From Armatimonadota bacterium (GTDB lineage Bacteria; Armatimonadota; SYMT01): DNA of 64,000 nucleotides. The stretch covers positions 96,001-160,000 of the forward strand of contig JAWLHY010000001.1 of the NCBI GenBank assembly GCA_041690135.1. Reading direction: 5' to 3'. Below are positions 40,872 to 51,339 of this stretch, piece by piece (the first letter of the stretch is position 1; each line of letters begins with the position of its first letter). The notes below the pieces were generated by a model that was given only the letters and a program-made list of their open reading frames with translations, ran no database searches and was not told the origin of the DNA. The translations under genes were made by a program, and so were the position numbers.

Positions 40872-42161
40872 ATGGAAACTCTGCTTTCTCGCCGCGCCCT
40901 CCTGACCACCGCCGCGGCCGCTGCCGCTACCGCCATGCACGCTGACTCCCCGCTCTTTGCCGTAGCCCCCAACGGTCGCCGGAAACGGCTGGCCATCGTC
41001 ACCACGGAGTGGCGGCCGATGAGCCACGCCCATCACATGGGCGACCGCTTCCTGGTCGGGTATCCGCTCGGCGGTCGCTGGCGGTCCCCGGCCCTGGAGG
41101 TTGTGTCGGCTTACGTGGACCAGTTCCCGGAGAAGGATCTCAGTCGGGCTCGTGAGAAGGAGTTCGGCTTCCGCATCTACCCGAGTATTGCCGAAACGCT
41201 CCGGTGTGGGGGTGACCGCCTGGCCGTCGATGCGGTCCTTATCATCGGGGAGCACGGCGACTACCCCTACAACGACCTCGGCCAGCACCTTCTCCCGCGC
41301 TATGAGTTCTTCAAGCAGGTGACGGAGGTCTTCCGTAAGGACGGTCGCGGTGTGCCGGTGTTCAACGACAAGCACCTTTCCTGGAAGTGGGAGTGGGCAA
41401 AGGAGATGTACGATCTCTCCCGTGAGTTGGAATTCCCCTTCCTGGCGGGCTCCTCGCTGCCCGTGACCTGGCGCTTGCCGGTGGTGGACATGCCGTATGG
41501 GGCGGAGGTGGAAGAGGCCCTTTCCGTCGCCTACGGCCGGGTGGACAGCTACGACTTCCATGCCCTGGAGGTGCTGCAGTGCATGCTGGAGCGGCGCCGG
41601 GGCGGGGAGAAGGGCGTGGCGGCCGTCCGGGGCCTGCGGGGTGACGCCGTGTGGAAGGCGATGGAGAGCGGCTCGTGGGGTGGGGGCGGCTGGGATCCCC
41701 GGCTCTTCGAGGCGTGCCTCAGCCGCAGCCACACCCTGGCCCAGGCGGAGGGCTTCAGCCATCGCTATCCCACGCCGGCGCAGATGCGGGAGTGGGTGAA
41801 GGAGCCGGTCGCCTACCGGATCGAATATCGGGACGGCACACGCGCGACCATGTTGCTGATGAACGGGTTGGTGCGGGACTTCACGTTTGCGGTGCGGCTG
41901 AAGGGACGGGAAGAGCCGCTGTCCACGCTCTTCTACCTGCCGCCCAACCCGAACGTGGAATACTCTGCGCACCTGATGTCGAAGGCCGAGGAGCTGTTCC
42001 TCACCGGCAAAGCGCCGTACCCCCTGGAGCGGACGCTGCTCACCTCCGGCATCCTGACGGCCGCGGTGCAGTCGTTGGGGAAGGGGCAGAAGCGGCTGGA
42101 GACGCCCCACCTGGGCATTGCCTACCGCGCCCCGCGGAAGTCGCTCTTCGCCTTGGAATGA
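40872..42161 (+). CDS. Conserved Tat-exported oxidoreductase-like hypothetical protein
   Basis: SRRALL leader; VDAVLIIGEHGDYP, VFNDKHLS, AGSSLP (Gfo/Idh/MocA-like). Confidence 0.8.
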   Translation: METLLSRRALLTTAAAAAATAMHADSPLFAVAPNGRRKRLAIVTTEWRPMSHAHHMGDRFLVGYPLGGRWRSPALEVVSAYVDQFPEKDLSRAREKEFGFRIYPSIAETLRCGGDRLAVDAVLIIGEHGDYPYNDLGQHLLPRYEFFKQVTEVFRKDGRGVPVFNDKHLSWKWEWAKEMYDLSRELEFPFLAGSSLPVTWRLPVVDMPYGAEVEEALSVAYGRVDSYDFHALEVLQCMLERRRGGEKGVAAVRGLRGDAVWKAMESGSWGGGGWDPRLFEACLSRSHTLAQAEGFSHRYPTPAQMREWVKEPVAYRIEYRDGTRATMLLMNGLVRDFTFAVRLKGREEPLSTLFYLPPNPNVEYSAHLMSKAEELFLTGKAPYPLERTLLTSGILTAAVQSLGKGQKRLETPHLGIAYRAPRKSLFALE

Positions 42162-42267
42162 GCCTTAGCCTCACGGATGTTCGCAATTCTTCCTGTCGTG
42201 GGCAAACCGGTTGTTTCCCCTTCCCAATCTGTGAGATCCGAGGCTTCCCCTGCGGCAGCCTGCAGGT

Positions 42268-43695
42268 CTAACCGAACAGGGCCGTTACCGGGGTGCCCAG
42301 GGTGAGTGGGTGCGGCCGGTTCTCCACGTCGTAGATTTCCGCCTGGGCGTGGATGCCGAAGGCGTGGTAGATCGTGGCGAGCAGGTCTTCGGGCCTGACG
42401 GGGTTTTCGGTGGGGTAGGCGGCGTGCTCGTCGCTGGCGCCGTAGGCGATCCCGCCCCGGATGCCGCCACCCGCGAGCGCCACCGACTGGCAGGCGCCCC
42501 AGTGGTCGCGCCCACCCGCCTTATTGATCTTGGGTGTGCGCCCAAATTCGCCCATCGCCACGACGAGGGTCTCGTCCAGCAGTCCACGGGCGGAGAGATC
42601 ATCGATGAGGGCGGCGTAGGAGCGGTCGAAGGAGGGCAGGAGGTATTCCGATTTCAGCATCTCGTAGCCGCTGACGGCCCCGAACGCCGCCGTGCCGCCG
42701 TGATTATCCCAGGGGTTGAGGGGGTTGCCATCCGGTCGGAACCACATCCAGTTCACGGTAACGATGCGCACGCCCGCTTCCACCAGGCGCCGGGCCAGCA
42801 GGAACGCTTCGCCGTAGTGGTTGCGCCCGTACCGGTCGCGGGTGGCGGGGGTCTCGAGGTCGAGGTTGAAGGCCCGCTTGGCGCCGGCGGAGGTGAGCAG
42901 GCTGAAGGCACGTTCCCGGTAGGCATCCATCCCGGCCGCGTGCGGGTTGGACTGGAAGTACTCGTCCTGCGTTTCCAGCAGCTCAAGGAGACCGCGCCGT
43001 CGGACCAGTCGCCCCGCGTCGACGCCGGGGGGCAGGCCCATGTCCCAGATGGGGCGGACCTGTTCGAAGCCCTTCGGCATCGGGTTGGGGGCCGCTACCG
43101 GATTCAAGCCGGTATCCGGTAGCTCCACCGGGTCGTATTTCGCGCCGAGCCAGCCGGCGTGGGTGCCGGAATACTTCACCCCGTCGTGCATGATGGGGCG
43201 GGGCAGTGTCACGCTCGAAGGCATGTTCCGGTCCGCCGGCCGCAGGCAGGAAAGGATCGCCGCCGGACCGGGCCAGTTCTGGCGGGTGCGGTTGTTCCGG
43301 GGCACCCGCATGGTCTTGTCCACCTGGCCCGTGAGCATGTGGTAGACGCCGACCTCGTGCTCGTCGCTGCCGTGGGTCACGGAGCGAACCAGGGCCACCC
43401 GGTCCATCACCTTCGCCGACAGGGGCAGGTGGTCCGAGACCTCGATCCCGGGTGCGGAGGACTTGATCGGCTTGAAGGGGCTGCGGATTCCCTCGGGGGC
43501 GTCCGGTTTCAAGTCCCACATGTCCTGCTGCGGTGGCCCGCCCCAGAGGAAGAGGAGGATGCACGACTTCGCCTTCGGATTGCCGGCAATGGGGGTGGCG
43601 GCCATGGCCTGCTCGCCGCGCAGCAGATCCGGAAGGGTCAGTGCCCCAAGCCCAAACTGTCCCAGCCCCATCAGGGCATCGCGTCGGCTGAACAT
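42268..43695 (-). CDS. DUF1501 domain protein
   Basis: SRRDAL, GGPPQQDMWDLKP, LLARRLVEAGV, WDNH, GEFGRTPKIN, GRDHW. Confidence 0.95.
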   Translation of the reverse strand: MFSRRDALMGLGQFGLGALTLPDLLRGEQAMAATPIAGNPKAKSCILLFLWGGPPQQDMWDLKPDAPEGIRSPFKPIKSSAPGIEVSDHLPLSAKVMDRVALVRSVTHGSDEHEVGVYHMLTGQVDKTMRVPRNNRTRQNWPGPAAILSCLRPADRNMPSSVTLPRPIMHDGVKYSGTHAGWLGAKYDPVELPDTGLNPVAAPNPMPKGFEQVRPIWDMGLPPGVDAGRLVRRRGLLELLETQDEYFQSNPHAAGMDAYRERAFSLLTSAGAKRAFNLDLETPATRDRYGRNHYGEAFLLARRLVEAGVRIVTVNWMWFRPDGNPLNPWDNHGGTAAFGAVSGYEMLKSEYLLPSFDRSYAALIDDLSARGLLDETLVVAMGEFGRTPKINKAGGRDHWGACQSVALAGGGIRGGIAYGASDEHAAYPTENPVRPEDLLATIYHAFGIHAQAEIYDVENRPHPLTLGTPVTALFG

Positions 43696-43725
43696 CGAAC
43701 CTTGTCCTCTGTGGGTCTTGCCGGT

Positions 43726-43741
43726 TGATATATCAGGTATA
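43726..43741 (-). promoter_or_regulatory. Putative GntR operator upstream of DUF1501 gene
   Basis: TATACCTGATATATCA on minus strand; 15/16 match to 44596-44611; contains palindrome TGATATATCA. Confidence 0.65.
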
Positions 43742-43800
43742 GTCCTGACTCTCTTCGATATTCGAAAGGCCGGAAAGTTGCAGCGGAATCCCTCGATCCC

Positions 43801-44505
43801 TCACTGGGAAGCAGAGGGGTTTTCCCGGGCGCGGGCCAGCAGCGTGCGCGCCTGCTGGCCCGCCTGCAGTACGTGCTTCCGGCACTCCGCTTCGGCCAGG
43901 TCCGCATCCCGGCTCTGGAGAGCCCGGACCAGGGCTTCGTGGACGCCCGGAGTGGGAACCCACGCGCTCACCAACTCCGGGGGCACCATCGATGCGCTGA
44001 TGGTGCGGCAGATCAACCCGAAGTTCTCCACCAATCGCAGCAACTCGACCGACCGTGCCGCGCGTGCGATGTGGTTGTGGAGATTCTCGTCGATCTTCCG
44101 GCAGGCCTCTGCCATACCAGTGTGGGCGCCCTCGTCGTATTGATGGTGGTAGGAGGTCAAGAGCGCGAGATCTTCGGGAGTCGCGCGCTCAGTGAAGAGG
44201 CGGCAGGCAATCCCCTCGTTTGCCGCCCGGAGGAGGTAGATCTCTTCCAATTCCCGGGGCTGCCACTCCCGCACGCGCGTCCCCAGTCCGGGTGCGGTCA
44301 CCACCAGGCGGTCTCCTTCCAGCCGGCGGAGCGCATCGATGACGGGAATGGTGCTCGTTCCCAGCTTCTCGGCGAGATGGCGATGGACCAGGCGCATCCC
44401 CGGTGGGAGATGCCCCCTGGCGATCTGCCCGCGCAAGGTGCGGTAGACCTTTTCATTGGTGGTCAGGGTTTCGGCTGCCAGGCGGTACGGTTCGATTTCG
44501 GACAT
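43801..44505 (-). CDS. GntR-family regulator (FCD)
   Basis: VY..LR..I..G.LPPG.RL, LGTSTIPVIDALRRL; FCD His residues. Confidence 0.93.
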   Translation of the reverse strand: MSEIEPYRLAAETLTTNEKVYRTLRGQIARGHLPPGMRLVHRHLAEKLGTSTIPVIDALRRLEGDRLVVTAPGLGTRVREWQPRELEEIYLLRAANEGIACRLFTERATPEDLALLTSYHHQYDEGAHTGMAEACRKIDENLHNHIARAARSVELLRLVENFGLICRTISASMVPPELVSAWVPTPGVHEALVRALQSRDADLAEAECRKHVLQAGQQARTLLARARENPSASQ

Positions 44506-44595
44506 GAGCTCCTCTGCTCATCAGACGGCGCGTGCGCTCGCGCCAGGCTGAACAAAAAAGTTCGACACCCACTATTGGGGAAGGGAAATCGCGTG

Positions 44596-44611
44596 TATAT
44601 CTGATATATCA
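44596..44611 (+). promoter_or_regulatory. Putative GntR operator in the divergent gntR/DUF1559 promoter
   Basis: TATATCTGATATATCA. Confidence 0.65.
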
Positions 44612-44668
44612 TAGCAACCCCGAGAAGTTGGGTCCTGTCTCTTTCGGGATGTTCCCCAGGAGGCTACC

Positions 44669-45436
44669 ATGCGCCCCCGATCCGGAGCGGCCTCACGGAG
44701 AGGCTTCACACTGATTGAGCTACTCGTTGTCATCGCGATCATCGCTATCCTGGCGGCGATTCTGTTTCCCGTGTTCGCTCAGGCGCGGGAGAAGGCCCGG
44801 CAGACCTCCTGCCTCGCCAACCACAAGCAGATCGGTATGGCATCGAACCTTTATGCGCAGGACTATGACGAAACCTATTCGCCGCTTTCCACGGTGGTCA
44901 GCGACAACGGTACCCCTCGTTACCCGCTGTGGCCCCGCCTGCTTCAGCCCTATATCAAGAACTCGGAGGTGTTCCGCGAGCCCAGTAACCGCCAGCGGAC
45001 TCCCTACGAGGCGAAGGACCACCCCGGCAGTTGGGTGACCACGGTGCAGCAATACTGGTACGAGGGGATCTTCGGCGCCATGGGCCGAAACGCGTGCCTC
45101 CCCGACCAGGGGATCTCCCTGGCGGCCATCGCGGAGCCGGCCAGTACGGTGGAGTTCGCGGATGCCCGCCTCCAGTACCCTTCGCCGAATTCTCTCGATC
45201 TCTACGGCTACTACCTGGTGTGGTGGCGAGGTACCTTCCAGAACGAGCCGCTCTGCCCCAGTACCCAGGCCGGCGTGGGCAATTACGCGCCGCCGGCGTA
45301 CTGGCACAGCGGGGGAGGGAATCTCACCTTTTTCGACGGCCACGTGAAGTGGATGAAAGAACAAGCAATTCGCAATCCGCCTGCCCAGTACTCGGGGGCT
45401 AACCTCCGGCAATGGCGGCTGTGGTTCGCAAACTAG
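44669..45436 (+). CDS. DUF1559 prepilin-type N-methylation / H-X9-DG protein
   Basis: [25 protein letters not shown]; [15 protein letters not shown]. Confidence 0.93.
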   Translation: MRPRSGAASRRGFTLIELLVVIAIIAILAAILFPVFAQAREKARQTSCLANHKQIGMASNLYAQDYDETYSPLSTVVSDNGTPRYPLWPRLLQPYIKNSEVFREPSNRQRTPYEAKDHPGSWVTTVQQYWYEGIFGAMGRNACLPDQGISLAAIAEPASTVEFADARLQYPSPNSLDLYGYYLVWWRGTFQNEPLCPSTQAGVGNYAPPAYWHSGGGNLTFFDGHVKWMKEQAIRNPPAQYSGANLRQWRLWFAN

Positions 45437-46584
45437 GCACCCGGCCGGCGTGCTGCCCGCCGACGGCGAGGCACCCAGTAGCGGTTCCACCACATCAGGC
45501 AGCCGGTAACGAAGAGGAAGGCAGGGGTGAGGCCGGCGAGGGCGTAGAGCACCCGGACCGGCCACCCGCCGATGGACCCGGCGTGGAGGGGGAAGCGGAG
45601 GTTGAGCAGTTGGGGTCCCAGGGTGGCCTGAAGAGCGTTCTCCTGATACAGCACCTCGCCTGAGTACGGGTCCAGGTGGATGAAACTCATCCCGTTCGGA
45701 TGGAGGTCGCCGGGCAGCCGTTTCCGGACCACCGCTGCGGCCGTGGGTTTGGCCGCCGGCACGATCCGGGTGACCACGCCTCCCGGGAGGGCCGCTTCCG
45801 CGCGAGTCAGCAGCAGGTCGAGAGAAAGCGGCTCGGCGCCGGACCGCGGAGATACGGAGACCTTGGGCCGGGGCGGCGTACCGGTAAGCCGGTAGGTCCA
45901 GTCGGTCACCTCGGCTCCCCATACCAGGGCCGCGCCGGTCAGGGCGATCAGGGTGAGCAGGAAGACGGCGATGATGCCGGAGACCCGGTGCAGGTCAAAA
46001 TTCACCCGCTTCCAACTCGCCCGCCACTGGACGGTGAAACCCTGCCGGACTCCCTTCTTGCCCGGCCACCAGAGCACGATCCCCGTGACCCCGAGCAGGA
46101 TCAGCAGCAGTCCACCCACGCCGACAACCTTCTCGCCGGTCTCGCCCGACAGGAGCTCCGTATGCAGGGAGAAGAGAAAGCCGATGGGGTGGTCGGTCGC
46201 GGTGCGCTGCCCCAGCGTGTTTCCCGTGAACGGGTCCAGGAAGAGCCGTCGCCCTCCCTTGAGGCGGACGTCGTAGACCTCTCCGGCTTCCTGGGGTGGG
46301 AGCAGGTAGCTCACGCCCGCTTCCGGATGGTTCTTGCGGACCGCATCGAGGATCGCCTGGGGCGGCAGCGGGGTGGCGGTGGCCCCAGGCGGGCGGGCGT
46401 GCAGCAGTTTCGGGTAAAGCAGCGCGTCCAGCTCATGGCTGAACACCAGCACGCTGCCGGTAATCCCGGTGAGGGAGAGCAGCAGGCCCACCAGCAGGCC
46501 CGTGTAGAGATGGACGTGGAAAAGGAAGCGACGCAACTTCACCGGGAGATCCCCGCTGGTGCGCCGGGGCATTTCCCGGCGCAC
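45433..46584 (-). CDS. PepSY-associated TM helix protein
   Basis: HLYTGL, LHTELL, GIVLWWP, DLHRVSG, LHAG. Confidence 0.9.
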   Translation of the reverse strand: MRREMPRRTSGDLPVKLRRFLFHVHLYTGLLVGLLLSLTGITGSVLVFSHELDALLYPKLLHARPPGATATPLPPQAILDAVRKNHPEAGVSYLLPPQEAGEVYDVRLKGGRRLFLDPFTGNTLGQRTATDHPIGFLFSLHTELLSGETGEKVVGVGGLLLILLGVTGIVLWWPGKKGVRQGFTVQWRASWKRVNFDLHRVSGIIAVFLLTLIALTGAALVWGAEVTDWTYRLTGTPPRPKVSVSPRSGAEPLSLDLLLTRAEAALPGGVVTRIVPAAKPTAAAVVRKRLPGDLHPNGMSFIHLDPYSGEVLYQENALQATLGPQLLNLRFPLHAGSIGGWPVRVLYALAGLTPAFLFVTGCLMWWNRYWVPRRRRAARRPGA

Positions 46585-46594
46585 CCTACGAATA

Positions 46595-47383
46595 TCAGCG
46601 GGCGTTGGCTTCAGCCTGGTCCAGCAGGTACCGGCCGTTGCTGGAGATCGGCGAGTTGTCGCGGTACCAGAGGTTGATGGGGGCGTAGGTCTGCGAGGGC
46701 CGGTACGCCTTTACGTGACCGTCCGCGAACAGGTAGTTGCTGGTGCCGTTGTGTCCGGTGAAGAGCGTGTTCTCGTAGTAGGTGTACGTCCGGCCGGCGG
46801 CGCTGTCCGTCCAGCTACCCCCTACGTAATCGACCACGAAGTTCACGAACGGCACGTTGAACATCTCCATCACGGCGATCGTCTGGGCGGGGGAGTCGAC
46901 CATTGCCATGTGCACTCCGGTGGAGAGCTGGTTGCCGAAGATCCCCTTGCCGATGTCCGCCAGGGGATTGGCCGCCGTGTTGCTGTTGCCGCCCCAGTTG
47001 AAGTTGCAGCCGTAGGAAATCCCGAAGGCGGTCGGCGCGTCATTATCCCGGCAGAGAGAGTTCTTGTGCGGGTTGGAGGGGCAGACGACGATCTGCGTGT
47101 TCTTCATGTAGGGGTGGATCAGCGTCCGCCAGGAAAGGGTGTCCGTCCCGCTCGGGTTGGCCGCGTCCGGCATGCGGCGGTTGGGGTAGGTGTCGTCGTA
47201 GTCACCGACATACATCATGAGTGCGTTGCCGATCTGCTTGAGATTGCTGGCGCACTGGATCTTCCGCGCCGCCTCCCGCGCCTTCGCGAAGACGGGGAAG
47301 AGGATCGCGGCCAAGATCGCGATAATGGCGATCACGACGAGCAATTCGATGAGGGTGAAACCCCGGAGACGAGAGGAACGCAT
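46595..47383 (-). CDS. DUF1559 prepilin-type / H-X9-DG protein
   Basis: [10 protein letters not shown]; [15 protein letters not shown]. Confidence 0.93.
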   Translation of the reverse strand: MRSSRLRGFTLIELLVVIAIIAILAAILFPVFAKAREAARKIQCASNLKQIGNALMMYVGDYDDTYPNRRMPDAANPSGTDTLSWRTLIHPYMKNTQIVVCPSNPHKNSLCRDNDAPTAFGISYGCNFNWGGNSNTAANPLADIGKGIFGNQLSTGVHMAMVDSPAQTIAVMEMFNVPFVNFVVDYVGGSWTDSAAGRTYTYYENTLFTGHNGTSNYLFADGHVKAYRPSQTYAPINLWYRDNSPISSNGRYLLDQAEANAR

Positions 47384-47532
47384 GTCTGTCTACCTGTTTG
47401 CAATTTGATGGCCTGACGGCCAAAGAGGTATAGCATGCTGGAAATCAAACCGGCAAGTTGCCCTTCGATTGAGAATTAGGGCAGGCTAATTCTGGCGGAC
47501 AGACGAGCCCGTTCTTCTCACGGAGTTGAACT

Positions 47533-48528
47533 TCAATCCGACAGCGTCAGGTCGCAAATGACCAGGCGGTGATCGGAGTGGCGGGTTCGGCGTGCGACCG
47601 CCGCCCGGGTTTGCAGGGGGCGGCTGATCCAGACCTGGTCCACCCGGGAAACGGGGAGGTCGTTGAGGCCTGTGTTTCCCCAGCCGGAGCCGGCCTCCGC
47701 AAACGTGTCACGCAGCCGGGGCGGCAGTTCCCAGTAGATCCCATCCCCGGCCGGGGCGTTGAAGTCGCCGCCGACCACCACCGGCACTTCCGGCGGAACC
47801 GTCGCCAGGTACGCGGCTACTTCCCGCATCTGCTGCCGGCGCGCCTTCCGGTTCGCCGTCTGTTCCCGCCAGCAGTCCGGCGACCAGAGGTCCAGCCGGA
47901 CGACGGGCGGTGTGAGACGCAGGCTGATCACCTCGAGTGCCTGTCCGCTTGGAAGTGCCAGGCGAGCCGCGACGAAGTACCCGTGGGACCGCGGGGGAAG
48001 CGAAGCGGTGAGCGGTCCCCGCGCCAGCACGGCAGTGTCGTAGCCGGTGACTGCGGATCCTTCGATTCCGTACAGCCTGCGCGCCAGTGCCTCCACGTCC
48101 CTCTCCGCCGGCACCTCCTGGAGCAGCACCAGGTCCGGGTTCCAGGCGGCGACCTCCGCCGCGGCTTCCGGGCTCCCGCCGGCGCAGTTGAGAGAGACGA
48201 CGCGGAACGTAACGTCGCCTGCGACCCGCGCAGGCTCCACGTCTCGGACGCGGATGAGGCTGCGGGGCTCCTCGGCAAACAGCAGCAGGAAGCCCAGCCA
48301 CGCCACGGCGCTGATGCGAGCCAGCCGGGGCCGCGAGCGCAGCGGCACTGCCAGTAGCCATCCCGGAACGACCCACAACCACGCCGGAAAGAGGGTCACT
48401 GCCGCGCAGGCATCCGGTCGCAGGGCATAGCAGAGCGCCAGTCCGATCCACAGCAGGAGGTGGAGACCGCCCAGGATTCGGATGGCCGGCGGGAGCGGAC
48501 GGGTGGTTTTGGGCGCAGTAGGGGTCAT
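47533..48528 (-). CDS. Membrane-anchored endonuclease/exonuclease/phosphatase family protein
   Basis: VVSLN, LLQE, GGDFN, VDQVW, SDHR. Confidence 0.9.
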   Translation of the reverse strand: MTPTAPKTTRPLPPAIRILGGLHLLLWIGLALCYALRPDACAAVTLFPAWLWVVPGWLLAVPLRSRPRLARISAVAWLGFLLLFAEEPRSLIRVRDVEPARVAGDVTFRVVSLNCAGGSPEAAAEVAAWNPDLVLLQEVPAERDVEALARRLYGIEGSAVTGYDTAVLARGPLTASLPPRSHGYFVAARLALPSGQALEVISLRLTPPVVRLDLWSPDCWREQTANRKARRQQMREVAAYLATVPPEVPVVVGGDFNAPAGDGIYWELPPRLRDTFAEAGSGWGNTGLNDLPVSRVDQVWISRPLQTRAAVARRTRHSDHRLVICDLTLSD

Positions 48529-48583
48529 GTCCTCAGGAATGCGCGGACGGACCTGATTGGAGGGGAGAGGGGAGGATGGATGG

Positions 48584-49897
48584 TCAAGGCGGAGGGTGGT
48601 GGGGGGAGGGATGAGCAGTCCTCTCTGCGACGCTGGCCCATCGTTGCTCCAGGAAGCGGCGCTCCGGCTCGGTGCAGGAGCACGCGAGCGCCAGCCGGTA
48701 AGCAGTGGCCGCTTCGGAGGTTCGGCCGAGGCTGCGGAGAAAGTCCGCCTCCACGGCCGGCAGCCACCGGTAGTTCTTCAATGCAGGATCTGTCTTCAGG
48801 GTCTCAACGGCCCGCAGACCCGCCTCCGGCCCCTTGACCATGCCGACGGCGATCGCCCGGTTGAGGGCCACCACGGGAGAGGGTGCCAGGGCCTGAAGAC
48901 CGTCGTAGAGGGTGAGCAAATAGGGCCAGTCCGTCTCGGCAAAACTGGCGCTGGTGGCGTGAACGGCGGCGATCCCCGCCTGGAGGTGGTACTCGCTGAC
49001 TTCCGTGCCCTCGGCAGACCGTTCGAGCGCCTGCAGGCCCCGCTGCAGCAGGTTCCGGTCCCACTGGCTTCGGTCCTGTTCTTCCAGCAGGAGCAGGTTG
49101 CCGTCGCCGTCCACGCGCGTGGCAAACCGGGCGGCCAGAAAGTAGAACTGCGCCAGCAGGGCGTGGACGCGCGGCGAGGCGGCGGCGGGGTGGGTGGCCA
49201 GCCATTCCGCCAGCCGGATCGCCTCCGCGCACAGGTCTTCGCGGACGAGGTTTTCCCCCACATGCGCGGAGTAGCCCTCGTTGAACAGGAGATACAGGAC
49301 CTGCAGGACGGAGCCGACGCGCTCCGTGGGGAACCCATCCTCCGGTAGGGCGAGCGCGATGCCGGCTTCCCGCAGGCGCCGCTTGGCCCGCACCAGGCGC
49401 TGGGCGATCGTGGCAGGTTCGGCCAGGAAGGCGCGGGCGATCTCCGGTACGCTGAGGCAACTCACCACCTTCAGGGTGAGCGCCACCCGCGCTTCCGGCG
49501 CGAGGGACGGGTGGCAGCAGGCGAAGATCATGGCGAGCTGGTCGTCCCGGAAAACGCCGGTGTTCCACGCCTCGGCCGGGTCCGGTGCCGGCGGCAACTC
49601 CAGCAATTGTGCCTGGAGCTGCTGCTCGATCCGGCGGAGCGAGGCCCGGCGCCGGAGAGCATCCAGCGCCTTGTTGCGCGCGACCTGGACCAGCCATGCG
49701 CGAGGGTTCGCGGGGATGCCACTGAACGGCCACTGCCGGAGTGCCTGTAGCAGTGCCTCTTGCACCACGTCCTCGACCAGGTCCAGGTGCTCCCACCCAA
49801 AGATACGGGTGAGGGTGGCGAGCATCTGCCCCGCCTGGTGGCGGAACAGATGCTCGACTTCCAGATGCACCTGGGCCGGCGGCCCCGGTTCCATCAC
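48584..49897 (-). CDS. ECF sigma factor with C-terminal TPR-like extension (ECF42-type)
   Basis: EDVVQEA, IFACCHP, AQRLVRAK, LYLLFNEGY, YHLQAGIAA; paired with YCII gene. Confidence 0.9.
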   Translation of the reverse strand: MMEPGPPAQVHLEVEHLFRHQAGQMLATLTRIFGWEHLDLVEDVVQEALLQALRQWPFSGIPANPRAWLVQVARNKALDALRRRASLRRIEQQLQAQLLELPPAPDPAEAWNTGVFRDDQLAMIFACCHPSLAPEARVALTLKVVSCLSVPEIARAFLAEPATIAQRLVRAKRRLREAGIALALPEDGFPTERVGSVLQVLYLLFNEGYSAHVGENLVREDLCAEAIRLAEWLATHPAAASPRVHALLAQFYFLAARFATRVDGDGNLLLLEEQDRSQWDRNLLQRGLQALERSAEGTEVSEYHLQAGIAAVHATSASFAETDWPYLLTLYDGLQALAPSPVVALNRAIAVGMVKGPEAGLRAVETLKTDPALKNYRWLPAVEADFLRSLGRTSEAATAYRLALACSCTEPERRFLEQRWASVAERTAHPSPHHPPP

Positions 49898-50256
49898 TCG
49901 CCTCCGCAGCCCATGGGGTCCGCCTGTCGGACGATGATGGTGCCGAGCTGCAGGAAGGGGCTGTTCCGGGCGATCTCCACGGCTTCTTCGTAATCCGCGG
50001 CGCGAAGGGTGAAGTAGCCGCCGATGATCTCCTTCGCCTCACTGTAGGGACCATCGACCACCATGGGCTTCCCGTCTTGCAGGGTCACGATCTTTCCGCC
50101 TTCTTCCATCAGCTTGTCGCTGACCACGTAGCGACCGGTGGACTTCAACTCCTCCAGCCAGGAGCGGAGCTTTCCAAGGGAGCGCTGCATGTCCTCCGGC
50201 GACAGGTCCGCCGGCGGATGGGGCGCGGAATGCAGGAGCAACATGAATCTGGGCAT
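49894..50256 (-). CDS. YCII-related (DGPF) protein
   Basis: DGPYSEAKEIIGGYF. Confidence 0.92.
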   Translation of the reverse strand: MPRFMLLLHSAPHPPADLSPEDMQRSLGKLRSWLEELKSTGRYVVSDKLMEEGGKIVTLQDGKPMVVDGPYSEAKEIIGGYFTLRAADYEEAVEIARNSPFLQLGTIIVRQADPMGCGGE

Positions 50257-50297
50257 GGGGTCTCTCTTCGTGTGAATGTAGGGGACGTGGGGAAGCG

Positions 50298-50822
50298 TTA
50301 CTTCTTGCGGACAAGGTCTATGTCGGTGGTGTGGCACGGCTTGCCCGCCTTGTTGGCGGTCCACACAGCCTTGAACCGGTTCGGCCCCAGGATCTGGAAG
50401 GTCGCCTCGGCCATGTGCATCTCCTCCTGCGACCCCAGGTTCGTGCCGTCGACGAACTTGAAGGCGATCTTCGCCGGGTCCGCTCCCGGCACCGCGCGCA
50501 TCCGGGGCTGGTTTCCCAGGGAGCAGTAGTGGGTGAGCATCAGGCTCGCCCCGTCGAGGTGATAGAGGGTCACCATCTCGTGGTCGGTGCCCGGGAACAG
50601 CGTCTCCTGGATCACGGTGCCCCCGGCGGTGACTCGGATAGACGAGGCGAGGGTCTCGCCCGGTTTGCCGTCCGGACCCATCTGCACCCAGTCCCCCGCC
50701 AGTTTCTTGAGCGCCTCGAACCGGGCGGCGCCGGCGGACGAAGCGGGCTCGGCGGCCCCGGCCAGGGTGGGGAGGGCCAGCGCGAGGCCCAGGAGCAGGG
50801 TGGATAGCGTGCGGAACTTCAT
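50298..50822 (-). CDS. Secreted hypothetical protein
   Basis: Signal peptide; EMVTLYH, LTHYC..GNQP, HM conserved-looking motifs. Confidence 0.8.
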   Translation of the reverse strand: MKFRTLSTLLLGLALALPTLAGAAEPASSAGAARFEALKKLAGDWVQMGPDGKPGETLASSIRVTAGGTVIQETLFPGTDHEMVTLYHLDGASLMLTHYCSLGNQPRMRAVPGADPAKIAFKFVDGTNLGSQEEMHMAEATFQILGPNRFKAVWTANKAGKPCHTTDIDLVRKK

Positions 50823-51339
50823 GGTACGTCTCCTCTTGCGATCAGCAGGATCGGCGCCTCGTGCGGGCCGATCGTCCAGTAGACGAACACCCCTCCACAA
50901 AATCGACAGCCCGTCGGAAAGTTTTTCCGGAGCCCCCGGTTGGTGGGATGCCAGGCGCCGCAAAGGCAGAAGTTGACCCAGGAATGGGAGAACGAGAACG
51001 ACTAGGCGTTGGCCCATCACACCCACTCATTCGAAGTGTGGCTCAATAACAAACCGGAACCCGGCACCGCCCGCCAAATCTCGCCGCGAGCGATCCTGGA
51101 AGCGGTCAGGCTAGGCGAAGAGGCAGTTGAGATCCTGGCCGAGGCGCGGTCCTACCGGGAGTTTGACTCCGCACTGAGCCACACGTAGAACTTTCACCGG
51201 AGTTGCTAGCACGGATTCGGGAAGGCGCGGGCATAAGCCCCTTCATACCGGAAGAATGCCAGGAAATACTGCGTGATCAGGGCCTGGTTGACTAAGCCGG
51301 CATTTGACGCCAGCGACCCGAGAAACTAGCTCGCCGGGG

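Noticed and set aside
39636-42110. 824-aa ORF as one protein
   Set aside because: Only the part from ATG 40706 is Rpn-like; the rest is antisense to the real gene 40872-42161
50960-51300. Possible gene remnant, or Y RNA 3'-like TTGACTAAGCC at ~51287
   Set aside because: Fragmented frames with several stops and no matching 5' stem; cannot be assigned
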